A stretch of DNA of 61,688 nt, filler included, from Basidiobolus meristosporus CBS 931.73 (lineage: Eukaryota > Fungi > Basidiobolomycota): assembly GCA_002104905.1 (NCBI GenBank). It is 4 parts of 4 records of this genome, joined end to end, with 100 filler letters (N's around TTAATTAATTAA, not from the genome) between each part and the next. Parts side by side here need not be neighbours in the genome. Positions count along the whole stretch, not along the records: positions 1 to 12,167 come from MCFE01001254.1; 3 more parts are not named here. One strand, 5' to 3'. The first letter of the stretch is position 1. Every line of letters starts with the position of its first letter. Shown one piece after another: positions 1-11,870 of this stretch. The notes below the pieces were generated by a model, which saw nothing but the letters and a program-made list of their open reading frames with translations, did not search any database and was not told the origin of the DNA. Made by a program: the position numbers and the translations under genes.

Positions 1-1174
1 GCCAGGCCGTTACTCCTATTTCTTGGAGTTGAGAGGTGAGATACTTGGATTTAAGTGGTAAATGAGCAATGAATTTTTCTCAGCCAATCAACGACCGTAT
101 CCCCTCCACAATTGGCAACAACGGTCAAGTGCCAATGGATTCAGGCGCGGGTCACCCATGAGGTAAGCAAAACTGCCCCTTCAACCACGGGAGTATTCAC
201 CCACAGACTGTGCGAGCGGCAAATAGGACTTTGTGTCTTCAACACGCGAATGACCCGGAGGCTCTCGAGGGGCTCCCTTGCCGGCATAGTTGTGTCGTGC
301 GCTGCATGCGCTCCATTAGCCGTGACGGGGAATCTTCATGAGTAACTGTGCGGACGGAGGTTGTACAGTACCCCCACGCACGCATAAAGGACGTCGAAAT
401 GCAAGTCTTACCAGCTTGCTGTGTCTAAACATGGCTAATTCCATACCCAAACAGAGCTAGATTCTGAGATACACACTATTTGGCATCTCTGGGATATGGC
501 TGACAGAGAGGGCAGGCTCTTACCGCGAAAGCACTTGGCTCACTAATCCATCGGCATTTTGTTTGGATTCCATATCTACCTTCATTTCCTATAGCTGCAG
601 ATAACCACCGAACCTGCTTCTTTAGGGGCGGAATAAGATTCAACCACCACCGCACATTGGCTCACCGTAAATCGGGGATGAGATTTACAGTCATTTAGAA
701 AAAACTCAAATTCACCGAACTGGAATCGATCCCAAAGATAGGCCACAAAAAGATTTTCCCCCTGCCAAAATAGGCAGGGTGATCCTGACGATAGCCACCT
801 ATAGAGAAAGGATCGTCAAATTGGGCTTAGTGATTGACAGGTTATTTCTGCTCGGTTTTGGTAAACACTTGTCTAGCCATGGCTCAACATAATAAACTGC
901 AGGCAAAGGAAAGCCATCTGTAGGGGGCAAATCCCGAAATGATCCGGAGATACAACCGATTAGTCGTCTGGCCATCTGAACTAATGGCAACCATGGTGAA
1001 ATTTTCCACAGGTCCGCATTAGCTATTTTGAGCCAAGCAGTGAGAGATCTCGAACAGTAGGTGATGGATATACGTTTAGTAGGACGTAGAGCTCGGGCAG
1101 CATTTGCTCCAAGACGAGAACTACTTAAACCCACCCTTGGACCAGCACCACATATCAAGAACTCAGTTATTGCA

Positions 1175-3592
1175 ATGATCTATAAGGAATTCCCCAAGTT
1201 CGCTGCTGATGATGAAATCATCTACGACAAAATCGATGAGCAGACTCCAGACAACTGGCTCATGAGACATCCCAACATGATCAGACTTACGGGAAAGCAT
1301 CCTTTCAACGCTGAGCCTCCTCTCACCGAGCTCTACGATGACGGCTATATCACCTCGAATGCCAAGTTCTACGTGCGCAGTCACGGATTCGTTCCCAGAC
1401 TCGAATGGGACACCCACACTGTGGAGGTCTGTGGTTTGGTCGACAAGCCTAAGGTCTTCACCATGGACGAGTTGGCTGCCTTCCCCAAGAGACAGTTCCC
1501 AGTAACCTTCCCTTGTGCTGGTAACCGTCGTAGAGAAGTCAACATGATCAAGCAATCTAAGGGTTTCAGTTGGGGATCCGGTGGTGTCTCTACCTCCATC
1601 TTCGGTGGTCTCATGCTTAGAGATTTGTTGCTTGCTTGTGGAGTTCAAGTTCCTACCGAAGAAGAGGATGACTGGCATGTTCACTTCGAGGGCGTCGAAA
1701 TGCTTCCTAATGGTATCTACGCTACCAGTATCGCCTACTCCTATGCCATGAATGAGGCTAATGAGGTGCTCATGGCCTACGAAATGAACGGGGTCCGCCT
1801 TCCTCCCGATCATGGGTACCCCATCAGACTTCTTGTCCCTGGAACCATTGGTGGCCGTATGGTCAAGTGGGTCAACAAGATCTTTGTTTCCAAGGTTGAA
1901 TCTGACAACTGGTATCATATCTATGATAACCGTGTCGTTCCCTCCCATCTCTCTCCTGAAGAGTCTGTCGCCGGCAACTGGTGGCAAAAGATCAACTACA
2001 TCATCAACCCCATGAACATCAACTCCTCTTTCGTCTATCCCGAGCACGACGAAGTTGTTCCTCTATCTCAGCGCACTTACAACTGCCGTGGTTACGCCTA
2101 CACTGGTAACGGCAGCATGATCACCCGTGTTGAACTCTCCCTCGATGACGGTGAATCCTGGATTTTGTGTAACATCGACCAGCAGGTTCCCTCCCCCATC
2201 AGTAAGAAGTACTGGGCTTGGGCTTTGTGGTCATACGATCTTCCATTAGGAAAGTTGATTAGATGCAAGGAGATCATCGTGCGTGCTTGGGATTCCACCC
2301 TCAACACTCAGCCAGTTAACATCACCTGGAACGTACTTGGTCAAATGAACAATGCCTACTTCCGACTCAGAGTTGATGTCGAAGAAGATGCCGAAGGCCA
2401 AGTGTCATTCAAGTTTGTCCACCCTGCTCCCACTGAGACCACCGGATGGATGGCTGAAAAATACGGAAGAACTCAACCCAAGACCGAGGATGATGACAAG
2501 CCCAAGAGCGGAAAGACATTCACTCAAGCTGAAGTTGCCAAGCACAGAACTCAAGACGATTGCTGGATCATTGTGAAGAAGAGAGTCTACGACATCACCA
2601 AGTTCGTTACCGAGCACCCAGGTGGTATTGCCAGTATCATCCTCAATGCTGGTATTGATTGTACCTCTGATTTCGAGGCGGTTCATTCTTCCACCGCCCA
2701 CCATATTTTGGAGAAGTACTACTTGGGCGATATCGAAGGTGAATTGAACAACGAGCTTTCCGCTCTTCCCCAGGAAGAAGCCGGAGAATTGGTTGCGTTG
2801 TCTAACCAGTACCGCTCATTCCCCTTGATGGCCAGAAGAGAATTAAGCCATGATACTCGCTTGTTCCGCTTCCAGCTACCAAGCCCCGAATACCGCTTGG
2901 GCTTGCCTGTTGGAAAGCACGTCTACCTCAAGGCCAATATCAACGGAAAGGATGTAATCCGTGCCTATACCCCTTACTCGTTGGATGAAGAGTTGGGCTA
3001 TGTTGACCTAATCGTTAAGGTGTACTACAAGAATGTCAATCCTAAATTCCCTGAAGGTGGTTTGATGACCCAATACCTTGACTCGCTCCAGATTGGCGAG
3101 ACCGTCGGAATGAAGGGCCCTGTTGGCCACTTCAAGTACGAGGGTCTTGGTAACTACGATGTTGACTTCAGCAAGTCTAGAAGACACGCTCATATCATCG
3201 GCATGATTGCCGGTGGCAGTGGCATCACTCCCATGCTTCAAGTGATCAAGTCAGTGGTCAACAACCCATTGGACTTCACCAGACTTCATCTGCTGTATGC
3301 CAATCGTACTCCCGAGGATATCTTGCTCCGTGAAGAACTTGATCAGCTTGCTGAAAAGCACTCCGAACAGCTTAAGGTGTGGTATACCGTCGATGGAGAG
3401 GCCCCCGCTGACTGGAAATACTCCGTTGGCTATGTTGACTATGATATGTGCAAGGATCATCTGCCACCTGCCAACAACGACAAGCGTAAGGCCATCATGT
3501 TGTTGTGCGGTCCAACCCCTATGATCCAGAATATATGTCTGCCTACTCTTGAGAAGATGGGTTATGATCCGGAGGCCATTATTACTTTTTAG
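1175..3592 (+). CDS. niaD: Assimilatory nitrate reductase (Moco - dimerisation - cytochrome b5 - FAD - NAD(P)H domains), intronless, 805 aa from ATG 1175
   Basis: Continuous ORF with TPDNW...RLTGKHPFNAEP, Moco cysteine motif CAGNRRRE, DHGYPIRL and GRMVKW. It continues with cyt b5 HPGG...HS, FAD-binding RAYTP, GGSGITPM and C-terminal CGPTPM. The ATG at 1175 is preferred over the track's 1061 start because the upstream 38 codons look non-homologous. Confidence 0.97.
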   Translation: MIYKEFPKFAADDEIIYDKIDEQTPDNWLMRHPNMIRLTGKHPFNAEPPLTELYDDGYITSNAKFYVRSHGFVPRLEWDTHTVEVCGLVDKPKVFTMDELAAFPKRQFPVTFPCAGNRRREVNMIKQSKGFSWGSGGVSTSIFGGLMLRDLLLACGVQVPTEEEDDWHVHFEGVEMLPNGIYATSIAYSYAMNEANEVLMAYEMNGVRLPPDHGYPIRLLVPGTIGGRMVKWVNKIFVSKVESDNWYHIYDNRVVPSHLSPEESVAGNWWQKINYIINPMNINSSFVYPEHDEVVPLSQRTYNCRGYAYTGNGSMITRVELSLDDGESWILCNIDQQVPSPISKKYWAWALWSYDLPLGKLIRCKEIIVRAWDSTLNTQPVNITWNVLGQMNNAYFRLRVDVEEDAEGQVSFKFVHPAPTETTGWMAEKYGRTQPKTEDDDKPKSGKTFTQAEVAKHRTQDDCWIIVKKRVYDITKFVTEHPGGIASIILNAGIDCTSDFEAVHSSTAHHILEKYYLGDIEGELNNELSALPQEEAGELVALSNQYRSFPLMARRELSHDTRLFRFQLPSPEYRLGLPVGKHVYLKANINGKDVIRAYTPYSLDEELGYVDLIVKVYYKNVNPKFPEGGLMTQYLDSLQIGETVGMKGPVGHFKYEGLGNYDVDFSKSRRHAHIIGMIAGGSGITPMLQVIKSVVNNPLDFTRLHLLYANRTPEDILLREELDQLAEKHSEQLKVWYTVDGEAPADWKYSVGYVDYDMCKDHLPPANNDKRKAIMLLCGPTPMIQNICLPTLEKMGYDPEAIITF

Positions 3593-5474
3593 ATGTTAGT
3601 TTCATCAATTGTTAGATTTCATCACCGAATTTAAAATATCTGAGTGCCCTGCAACACAGGAAAGAAATGATTAAATAGATTCATAAACCAAACTGCGCTT
3701 GATATTCCTCTACGCGGCCGGAACTTGTCCCGGCTTGGAATGGTGGCCTTGGCCATTCGTGTATTCGGTCGCAGGGAAATGCATTCCGCGTTTCGATATA
3801 GGGGGCAGGGAACAAAGCAAACCTGAAGGGCTTTGTTTCCGACAGCATGGCGCCGAAATGCGGGATATTAGCCGGTGAACCTGACGCGCATGTTCCAGAC
3901 CCAACGCGAACAAAGCTTTAGGATTGGATTCTGGATATGTGTTCATCCAGACACGACAATTAGGGTTCTACCAAAACGAATTTGATGATGGATTCTCAAA
4001 AATTAACTATTGAGTGACTGTTTTCGATAACACAAAATATGAGTATTACTCGATAAGCATCAGAAAATCCTGAGTGATTGTCTTGCTCCAATCATTAACA
4101 GGACACAATCATCTCTGCCAAATACGTCGATGATTTGAAATTGAATTAAACATAGAGTACTCCACGTTTTCATTTAGAATGGTGAACAGAAATTACCAAT
4201 CACAGGGCTCCATCTCACTATTTCTGAATGCAATCTATGTGGATACTGGGTAATTTTCGGGGATTAGAGCATTACCAACTAGGCCAGATAGTATATGAGA
4301 GAGAATAGGCACGCCATATTTAGGCAAAGCACCGGCGGTTTATAGCAGGTGTTTTGGTTCGTATTGCACTAATCACCTTTGGTGGAGAGTGAGCATCCTT
4401 GTATCTCGTCGGAAAAACTCATTCTAACATACGCCTAGATTCTTCAAGTTGCCATTCCATGAACTACGCAATGTTTGGCTTGAGGTTGCCTCTGTTATGG
4501 TCTTCAAGAAGCTACTTTTACGTAGTATCAGTACAAAGTGGTCACGGAGTCCTTGCCTAGTTAAGAGCCTCCCGGTTATCCTTTGTACCCTTGGCAAATA
4601 TCTAAATCTAGGGATTTGATTACATGTATAATAATTCTTCCGCACTAGACAACTCTGCGCCATATCTTTCACCTACATGCTTAGCGCTCATTGCAAGCCA
4701 TACCACTACTTCAGCCATTCCTTGAGCCTTGTGAAGATGGCATGCCCTGTAGCACGGCTAATATCATTATTGTCACTTTACAGAGAAATCAACAGACTGA
4801 ACCTATATCTAACGAGATGTGTGCTTATGGCATTTGCCTTGACTTCTAAAAAGAGTATTCATGTGACCATCACTTGGTTGAAAGCGCATATTTGGTGACT
4901 CACTTGCTGGATACTGGTAATTACTTGAACGATGAAAATATATTTAGCTTGCGCCGGAGAGTCCACGTCGCCTATGTATTGATAGTAAAATGTATGGGGA
5001 AAGTATCTGGTAGGACATGTGTTAAATAATCTGGATTCTTGTATCCTGTTTGAAGTGCAATGATGCCTTTTTTAATTGAGTAAAGAAGCACAGATACGTC
5101 CACTGCAGGGGGTTTAAATGCATATAATACTATAACCGCTTACCATTCAAGTTACAATCTTAATAGTATAGAGTACATGGTTATGCTTGCTTTGGGCTTA
5201 TAGTAATGCAATAACAGTTAACATAGTGACAATAAATGTCAGAGTTAGGGTTTAAATTCATTTATTGAATCTGACAATGTAAAATAGTACCATTTCAACT
5301 TGTTTCAAGTTGAATACTGCAAATTGTACAAAGCAGTTATATCTAAAATAGAGTAAAGGGAAAAATGCTGCTAAAATTGAGGCGAGTTATGGTAAGAAAT
5401 TTGTCATCAATTTAGGGGGGAGACAGTCACCAACGGGTGAAATCTTTATTTCAGTTGAAACAAAGAAGCCAGCG

Positions 5475-6835
5475 CTACTGTTGTAGCTTTGATACAAGAG
5501 TGTGTAGCTGAGGGGAATTTGTAGGTAAGTTAATAAGAAGTGATGCTAGTTCTTCAGTGGTCAAGACACTGTTCAGTGGGAAGGGGGGTACCAAGAGAGG
5601 TAAGAATGACTTGTGAACAACATTAATGAGGGGAATGTGATAAGGATTGATATTCATCATAAAGGGAGTGTGCTGCTGCAGATATTGCTGCCAAAGGTCT
5701 GTCAAGTACTTCAGGTAGGCCAGCTTAGGTTTTTCTGACTGCAGAATATAGTGAGCAAACTTCTTGACTTCAGGATCTCCAAGTATAGTTCTCCAGCAGA
5801 AGTCAGGTGTAGTGTGGTGTGTTCTCTTCCAGGCCTTAATCAGTGGGTTGTTGCAGTTGTGAAGTCTGAGATATAATCTGGTTCTAAGGTAGAGAAGTCT
5901 GATCTTATAGGGCATAAACCCAAATGCACCAAGAAGAGCATGTCTGTAGGGGCATTCAGGCAAATGAGGCACCAAGGAGGTAATGCACCATACTGAAAAC
6001 TTGTCAAGCTTAGTGCAGTCTCTAGAAGTAAGAGAGAGAAGTGGTAGGCCAAATTCCAGGACAGGGAAGACAAACCGCTTGAGTAGAAGGAGGCAGCTGG
6101 GAGCTGAAGTTGTAGGAGGAGTAACAGCCAGTAGCTTGTGGAGTGCCTGTCTTGCCAGGATAATTCTCCTCTTCAGGTGTGCTTCAGAGTCTAGTCCAGT
6201 AGGAAGGAAAGGAAAGCCAAGATATGTAGCAGAAGCCTGAGCAGGCAGAGTGGAGTTCTCCAAGTTGATGGGAGAGCCCAAAGGTACTGTCTTTGCAATG
6301 GAAAGCTGGAGATTATTCTTCTGCAGATACTGGTGGATGGTCTGGGAGTCTTGTTGCACATTGGAGGAGGATATTCTGATGTCATCTGCAAAGAGAGTAA
6401 CCAGGCAGTCAGCTGAGAGTCTTGGGAAATCATTCAGGAAGATGGCAAACAGTATAGGACCAAGCACACAGCCTTGAACCACTCCATTAGGAACTGAGAA
6501 CACAGCTGATTGCTCACTTGGGTGCAGAATTCTTGCTTGTGGATCCAGAAACAGAGACCTGACAAGGAGGGTGAGAGAGGTACTGGAGAAGCATTGCAAC
6601 TTGGACCAAAGCAGATTTCTATCAACTGAATCAAAGGCCTTAGTAATATCAAACAGAACAGAGGGATACTTGCACTGGAGAGAGTGATCTTGGCTAAGTA
6701 TGACTGGATATTCCAAGGAGAGGCCAGGAACAAAGTCAAACTGTGCAGGGTGAAACTTGAGGGAGTCAGAGTCGAGCTCCTGAGCAGGCAGAAGCTCAAA
6801 CACCTTTCTGCAGGTGGGCAGCAGAGATATGTTGT
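5475..6835 (-). mobile_element. Non-LTR (LINE-type) retrotransposon reverse transcriptase, degenerate
   Basis: ISLLPTCRKVFE (domain 1, in frame just upstream of the track ORF), QFDF.PG, FDITKAFDSVDR, GVVQGCVLGPILF and LFADD. CpG is nearly absent. Confidence 0.9.
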
Positions 6836-7147
6836 GTTGTATTATGATTAGTTTGGGGCTTGTTCTACAATGTAGAGGCTAATCAACAATATACAACAAC
6901 TTCCAGTATGTTAATACTGAAATAGTTTATTGGGAGTTTGATATACCAATAGAAGATATAACTTTCACTAATTTCCTCAATCTTGGGCTCAAAATATACT
7001 GTAGGCAGTGTTTATCACTTCTACAGCAGTGTTCTGACCTTCTGTTGACTAATGGGCTTATTTACTTTTATAGTAACTTTTCCTTATTTGGAAGTCACTT
7101 TCCTTTCTGAGAAAATATTTCCTAATATGGAAATTCTGAACTCCCCT

Positions 7148-7395
7148 TTAACCTAAAGGGGTGTGTTGTAGAAGTCTCTAAAGGGGTCTTTAGACCTAAA
7201 GGGGTGTCTAAAGGGGTGTCTTTAGAGTAAAGGGGCTTCTTGTAGTGGTCTCTAAAGTGGACTTTACACTAAAGGGGTGCCTAAAGGGGCTTCTTTAGAG
7301 TAAAGGGGTTTCTTTAAGGGGTCTCTAAAGGGGTCTTTAGACTAAAGGGGTGTCTAAAGGGGTGTCTTTAGAGTAAAGGGGTTTCTTAGAGGGGA
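7148..7395. repeat. Imperfect G-tract minisatellite (core TAAAGGGG, variants of aaaggggtgtctttagac)
   Basis: More than 15 AAAGGGG cores about 11-20 bp apart. On the minus strand it reads as Pro-rich sequence upstream of the LINE RT. Confidence 0.8.
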
Positions 7396-7639
7396 CTTTT
7401 CCGACAGAAAAGTGGTAGTTTCTTGTAGAACTTAGATTGGATTCTTGTGAGCTTTGCAGTCTCTTTACTGATGTAGTACTGATCAAAGTCAGAATACTCA
7501 ACAGTGCAAGTGATGCAGGGGAAGTCTTATAACCTTTAAACTTGTAATCGTAGTGTGGAGATTCTGGAAAGAGAGGCTCTCCCTTTATTTTTCAGCTGGG
7601 GAAGTCATATATATGAAAATTTTGAAGGATCAAAGTTTT

Positions 7640-7790
7640 TGGGCGATTGCGCAAGCAATACACGTGATACGAAGCTAAAATTTTGCAGTGGCGCAGATCG
7701 GACATAGGCGCAGCACCTGTGAAAATTTCACGTGATTTGATTGGCTGGTTCGAAAGTTACACGCGATCAAAGTCACCATAGTAATCCTAG
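7640..7790. promoter_or_regulatory. CpG-rich promoter-like patch with two CACGTG E-boxes and an ATTGG/CCAAT box; possible 5' promoter of the LINE
   Basis: CACGTG at 7661-7666 and 7729-7734, TTGATTGG at about 7737-7744. CpG is retained here while the flanks are depleted. Confidence 0.3.
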
Positions 7791-8042
7791 CAATAAGGCA
7801 TAGTATATATAATAGTTGGACTCTTTTGGTCATAACTCCTTAAGTACTGCTTCAAATGAGCTGTAATTTGAAACATGTGTTGGCTACTACGTGTTCTGTA
7901 TGACATAATATTCTTGGGTGGATTGCTTGTCAGGGTCTGGAGCATTTGCTCTTCAAAGTTGGAAATTCTTGATCTTTCTCTGGTGTGTTACGATAGCAAA
8001 AAGCAAAATAAAGAAATGAGTGCAATATTGGTTTAGAGATAT

Positions 8043-11000
8043 TGTAGTAATGGAATACTTTCCATTACCACAAGTCTCTCCTAACTTTGAGAAATAATGC
8101 CCTCATTATTACTTCTGATATGGAACTTCTTCAATCTGTTACCAGGTTGTGTCAGTGCAAGTGGTGTACCGTCAAGTTCTGCTAGTTTGTAAGATCCATT
8201 TTTGTTTGCATGTATGATCTTGTAGGGACCTTGCCATCGCATATCCAGCTTGGATGCCTTGTTTCTTTGGCTTTTTGTGTTGTGAAGTAGTATCAACTCA
8301 CCTACTTCTAACAATGTTTTTCTTAGGCATTTTTGAGTGTCAAAGTACTCCTTGCCAGCCATTCTGGATTTCTTCAGGTTTTCTATTGCATTCTGTTGCA
8401 GAGTGTGTGCTTGTTGAATCTGTTGTACTCTTGCTAGCAATAGCTCTGATGTTGTCATGGTTGGTTTCCATGGGAGGGTAAGCCAATTCTCAAAAGATAT
8501 GTCTATCGGCAAAACAGCTTCATGTCCATATATTAAAAAAAAAGGTGTATACCCTGTACTTCTTTTAACCGTGACTCTATCAGACCAAATTGCTGCATGA
8601 AAGTTATTTGCCCATTTGTTGGGTTCTTCATAGCTAAGCTTTGCTAATGTGTTTGCAAAAGCAGAATGTCCACGTTCAACTGGTGAATTTGCTTGTGGGT
8701 GATATGGCGTAGTATGTATAAGCTTGGTTCCTGTTGTAAAAATTCGTATTTTCCACCTAAATATTCACCTAACTTAGTCACTTAGATCATCACCTTCAAA
8801 TCCTAGAGAATACTGACCAAATTCCTTGTCGGGATTTACTTAGAATATTTTCACCAAAATACCAGGTACCCAGAACATGAAAATTCTCAAAGTTGTCCAA
8901 ACAGCCCCAAACTTTGCACACATGTTCTTGGGACCTTCCTTAACCTATTCTACGTGTTTGTAGTGCCAAGACCATGTAAAAGTATAAATACTACTTTTAC
9001 ATTCAATAAATCATTAAGTGAAAACCACATAATCTACTTGTTCTCCAAATCACTTCCAATATCTCCAAGACTCTTACAACAGTTCCATGCTTTGTTGCTA
9101 GTGCTTGTATTTCATAAGATCCACATTCTCCATTGTCTGCAATAAGGGTGCCAACTGAACCATGTCTGAGATATACATCTTCTTTGAGAAATCTTGCTAC
9201 TGCTTTTGCATTGGCTTGTTTCAGTATTCTAGCCTCTATCCAACCAGTAAAGTTATCACGACAGTCCACCACATACTTATACCCAGCTGTTGCCCTTGGT
9301 AAATGTATAATATCTACATGTGCAATTTGCCAAGCATAAGATGTGTATATACTGTGAAGTGGTTCATGCATCTTTTGGTTGTCTCTTCTTTGACATGGAA
9401 TACATGATTTCACATATTCTTTTGTGTTGGTGTACAGCGTTGGCCAAAAATACCGTAAGGAGATTTTTGCATATGTTGATGTAATTCCCTTATGACCTCC
9501 TGATTCAGATTCATGCAATTCTTGAATGATCTTCTCTTGATCATGCTTGTTATGTATATACCGTCAAGGAACTCCATGTTTGCTTTTTCTGAAAAGTGTG
9601 CCGTCATGCAGTAAAAACTTCAGAACCTTCCTTTTAAAATTTGTGCGTTGATTTGTGGGAATATCAGCAGGAACTTTGAGTGATGTAAGAAATTCCTTGA
9701 TTTGTTGATAATTGCTTTGTATCATATGTCTGAATGAGAATCCAAGACTAGTGTTTTCAAGAAACTCATCAATCTCATCATCATCAGTTGAGTACGGTGA
9801 ATTTGGTTGCTTTCTAGATAAGGCATCAGGTCCTTTGTGATTGGCTCCTGGTATGTGTTGCAGCGTAAAGTCAAAGATCTGGATGTATGATATCTACCGT
9901 GCTAGAATAGGATCAGGCAAAAGCTCCAACTTATTCAACATTCCTAATAATGGCTTGGCATCAACCTCCAGTGTGAAGTGTACTCCTAATAAGTATGGCT
10001 TTAGCTTTTTGAGTACATAGAGTACTCCCAGTGCTTCTTTCTTGATAGATGGATAGTTAAGCTCATTCCCTTTGAATAGTCTGCTAAGATATTTGCAAGG
10101 TTGTCGATGATGATCTTTTGAAACTTGAATCATGATTCCACCAACCCCGATTCCAGAGCTATCAACTGATACAATGATTGGTTGTGAATCAATAACACTG
10201 TAGTCTATAGCTGCTAAGACAGGTGGCTTTGATAATGACTTAAGCAATGTCAACATAGCATTTGCCTGTTCTTCATGCCATTCAAATTTCTGGTTTTTCT
10301 GTAATAACTGAGTCAGTGGCTTAGCAATTTGAGCATAGTTCTTGATCCAGATTCTGAATAGACCAGTAAGTCCTAATAATTGTCTGACTTGATGAATATT
10401 CCTTGGTGGCTTCCAATTTAGTGCCGATGAAAGTTTTGCAGGATCAGGCAATCTCCCTTTTTCAGTAACAAGTTCACCTAGAATGATTGCTTTGTTGTAG
10501 CCAAACTTGCATTTGGCTCCTGATACAGTCAGACCAGAAGCTTGAAGTTTCTTCATGACCCTCTCAACTGTGCTTATGTGATCATAAACATATCTTCTTA
10601 CTTGAGGTAAGACATGCGATGTATCTTTTTCTCCGGACTTATTCTTAACTGCAATGTCATCAAGAAATGGTCGGCATATCTCAGGGAAACAGTCATCCAA
10701 AACTCAAATCATTGCACGTTGATAATTTTGGACAGAGTTTGTCCATCCTTGAGGAATTCTTGTCATCCTTATGAGTCCTATTGGTGTATCCATAGCAGTG
10801 AAATCTCTTGAGGTAGGATCCAGAAGTATTTGGTCATATCCTGAATAAAGATCCAATGTTGTAATCAGAGGATATCCAGTAAATGACTCAATATACTCAT
10901 GTCGTATGGGTGGTTGCATAGCATCTTTGATGGTGACCTTATTCAAATGCTGTACGTCTTGAATAAACCGTAGACTTCCATTTTTCTTCAACGGTGTAAA

Positions 11001-11870
11001 CCAGGGATTGCGATAAGGTCCATAGCTATATTCAATGACTCCACTTTGAAATCTTGATTGTAGCATTTCAATTACTTTGTTCAGTAATCTTGAGGGAATA
11101 GGATATGATCTCAGTGCCCATGGTGTATGTTCAATGGTATGGATCTTAACCGGTGGAAATAGCTCTGTGGATAAACATCCTCTTTGTGCATCATTAAATG
11201 CAAAGACATTGTCATAGAGTTGTAGCATAGTCAAAAAGAGACTTCTCTCCTCAGTGGAAAGAGTAGTCCCAATAGCCAACTCCTTGAGCTTCTCTTCTGT
11301 GAGTCTGATTTTGTCATATTTGTGCAAAGGCTCCATTTGAGGATTGTTGTGGGCAGATGGTGAGATTCCAGTAGATACTGGCTTTGCTTTCAATGCAACT
11401 GGCTTATACTTGGTATTTGTCTTACTTGTTGTCGATGGAATGAAGTGTTGATCATAAAACAAAATATCCTTATGAACCTGTATGTTTTGTACTGGAATGG
11501 TGTCTGCATTTCTTGGATTATTCTCTTCTGCTGCACAAAAGGTTGCCCTTCTTTTTCAATCGTCAGATGTGATTGTCAGCCATAAGCTTCCATCAGGTCT
11601 ATTATCAGCTTGTAGAAGAGATTTTCTCTCATATGGTCGTCCCAACAATACCTCAAAAGTGGGTCCATTGGCAACAATGAAAAAGGGAGAAGTAACCCTG
11701 ATTCCTCCAATTTCAATTGGTACAGAGTGACAAAGTCCAAGCATCTTCTCTGTTGCACCTGTAGCAGTTCTCATATTCCAGTCAACTTCTGTCAATGGCA
11801 ATTTGATTTTTTCAAAAGTCATAGCGGTGATAGCATTGATTTCTGATCCAGAATCAAAAACACATTCCAC
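8043..11870 (-). mobile_element. Ty3/Gypsy LTR retrotransposon, 5'-truncated (pol order PR-RT-RNaseH-IN), frameshifted
   Basis: Protease VFDSGSEINA (11556-11870). RT LDLYSGYDQI, PQGWTNS and FLDD (about 10650-11462). RNase H VDSSGIGVGG, EALG and EVDAKPL (9894-10700). Integrase HESESGGH...CIPC, AHVD, DNGE, TTPYHPQANSPVERGH and WQGPYKI (8081-9518). A purine tract followed by TG comes directly after the stop. Confidence 0.95.
8732..9081. mobile_element. 350-bp solo LTR inserted in the Gypsy integrase
   Basis: Termini TGTTGTAA...TTACAACA (perfect 8-bp inverted repeat), 5-bp TSD GTTCC at 8727-8731 and 9082-9086. Removal rejoins ...ATKHGT-KLIHTTPYHPQ. Confidence 0.9.

Noticed and set aside
1-1060. 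Divergent gene or NirA/AreA-type nitrate regulatory sites upstream of NR
   Set aside because: A trial ATG-intron model on the minus strand near 430 hits a stop at once. GATA cores are present but not clearly above chance, and no exact CTCCGHGG site was found.
1061-1174. N-terminal 38 codons of the track's 843-aa NR ORF
   Set aside because: Begins at a non-ATG codon and does not resemble NR sequence; probably 5' UTR.
1163-3460. Long antisense ORFs over NR (e.g. 1163-2047, 294 aa)
   Set aside because: Shadow frames caused by the codon bias of the real gene; no motifs.
5475-6835. Telomerase or Penelope-like (Athena/Coprina) telomeric retroelement
   Set aside because: The motifs (KAFDSV, GVxQGxxLGPxLF, FADD) are LINE-type, and the element is 5 kb from the telomere with a Gypsy in between.
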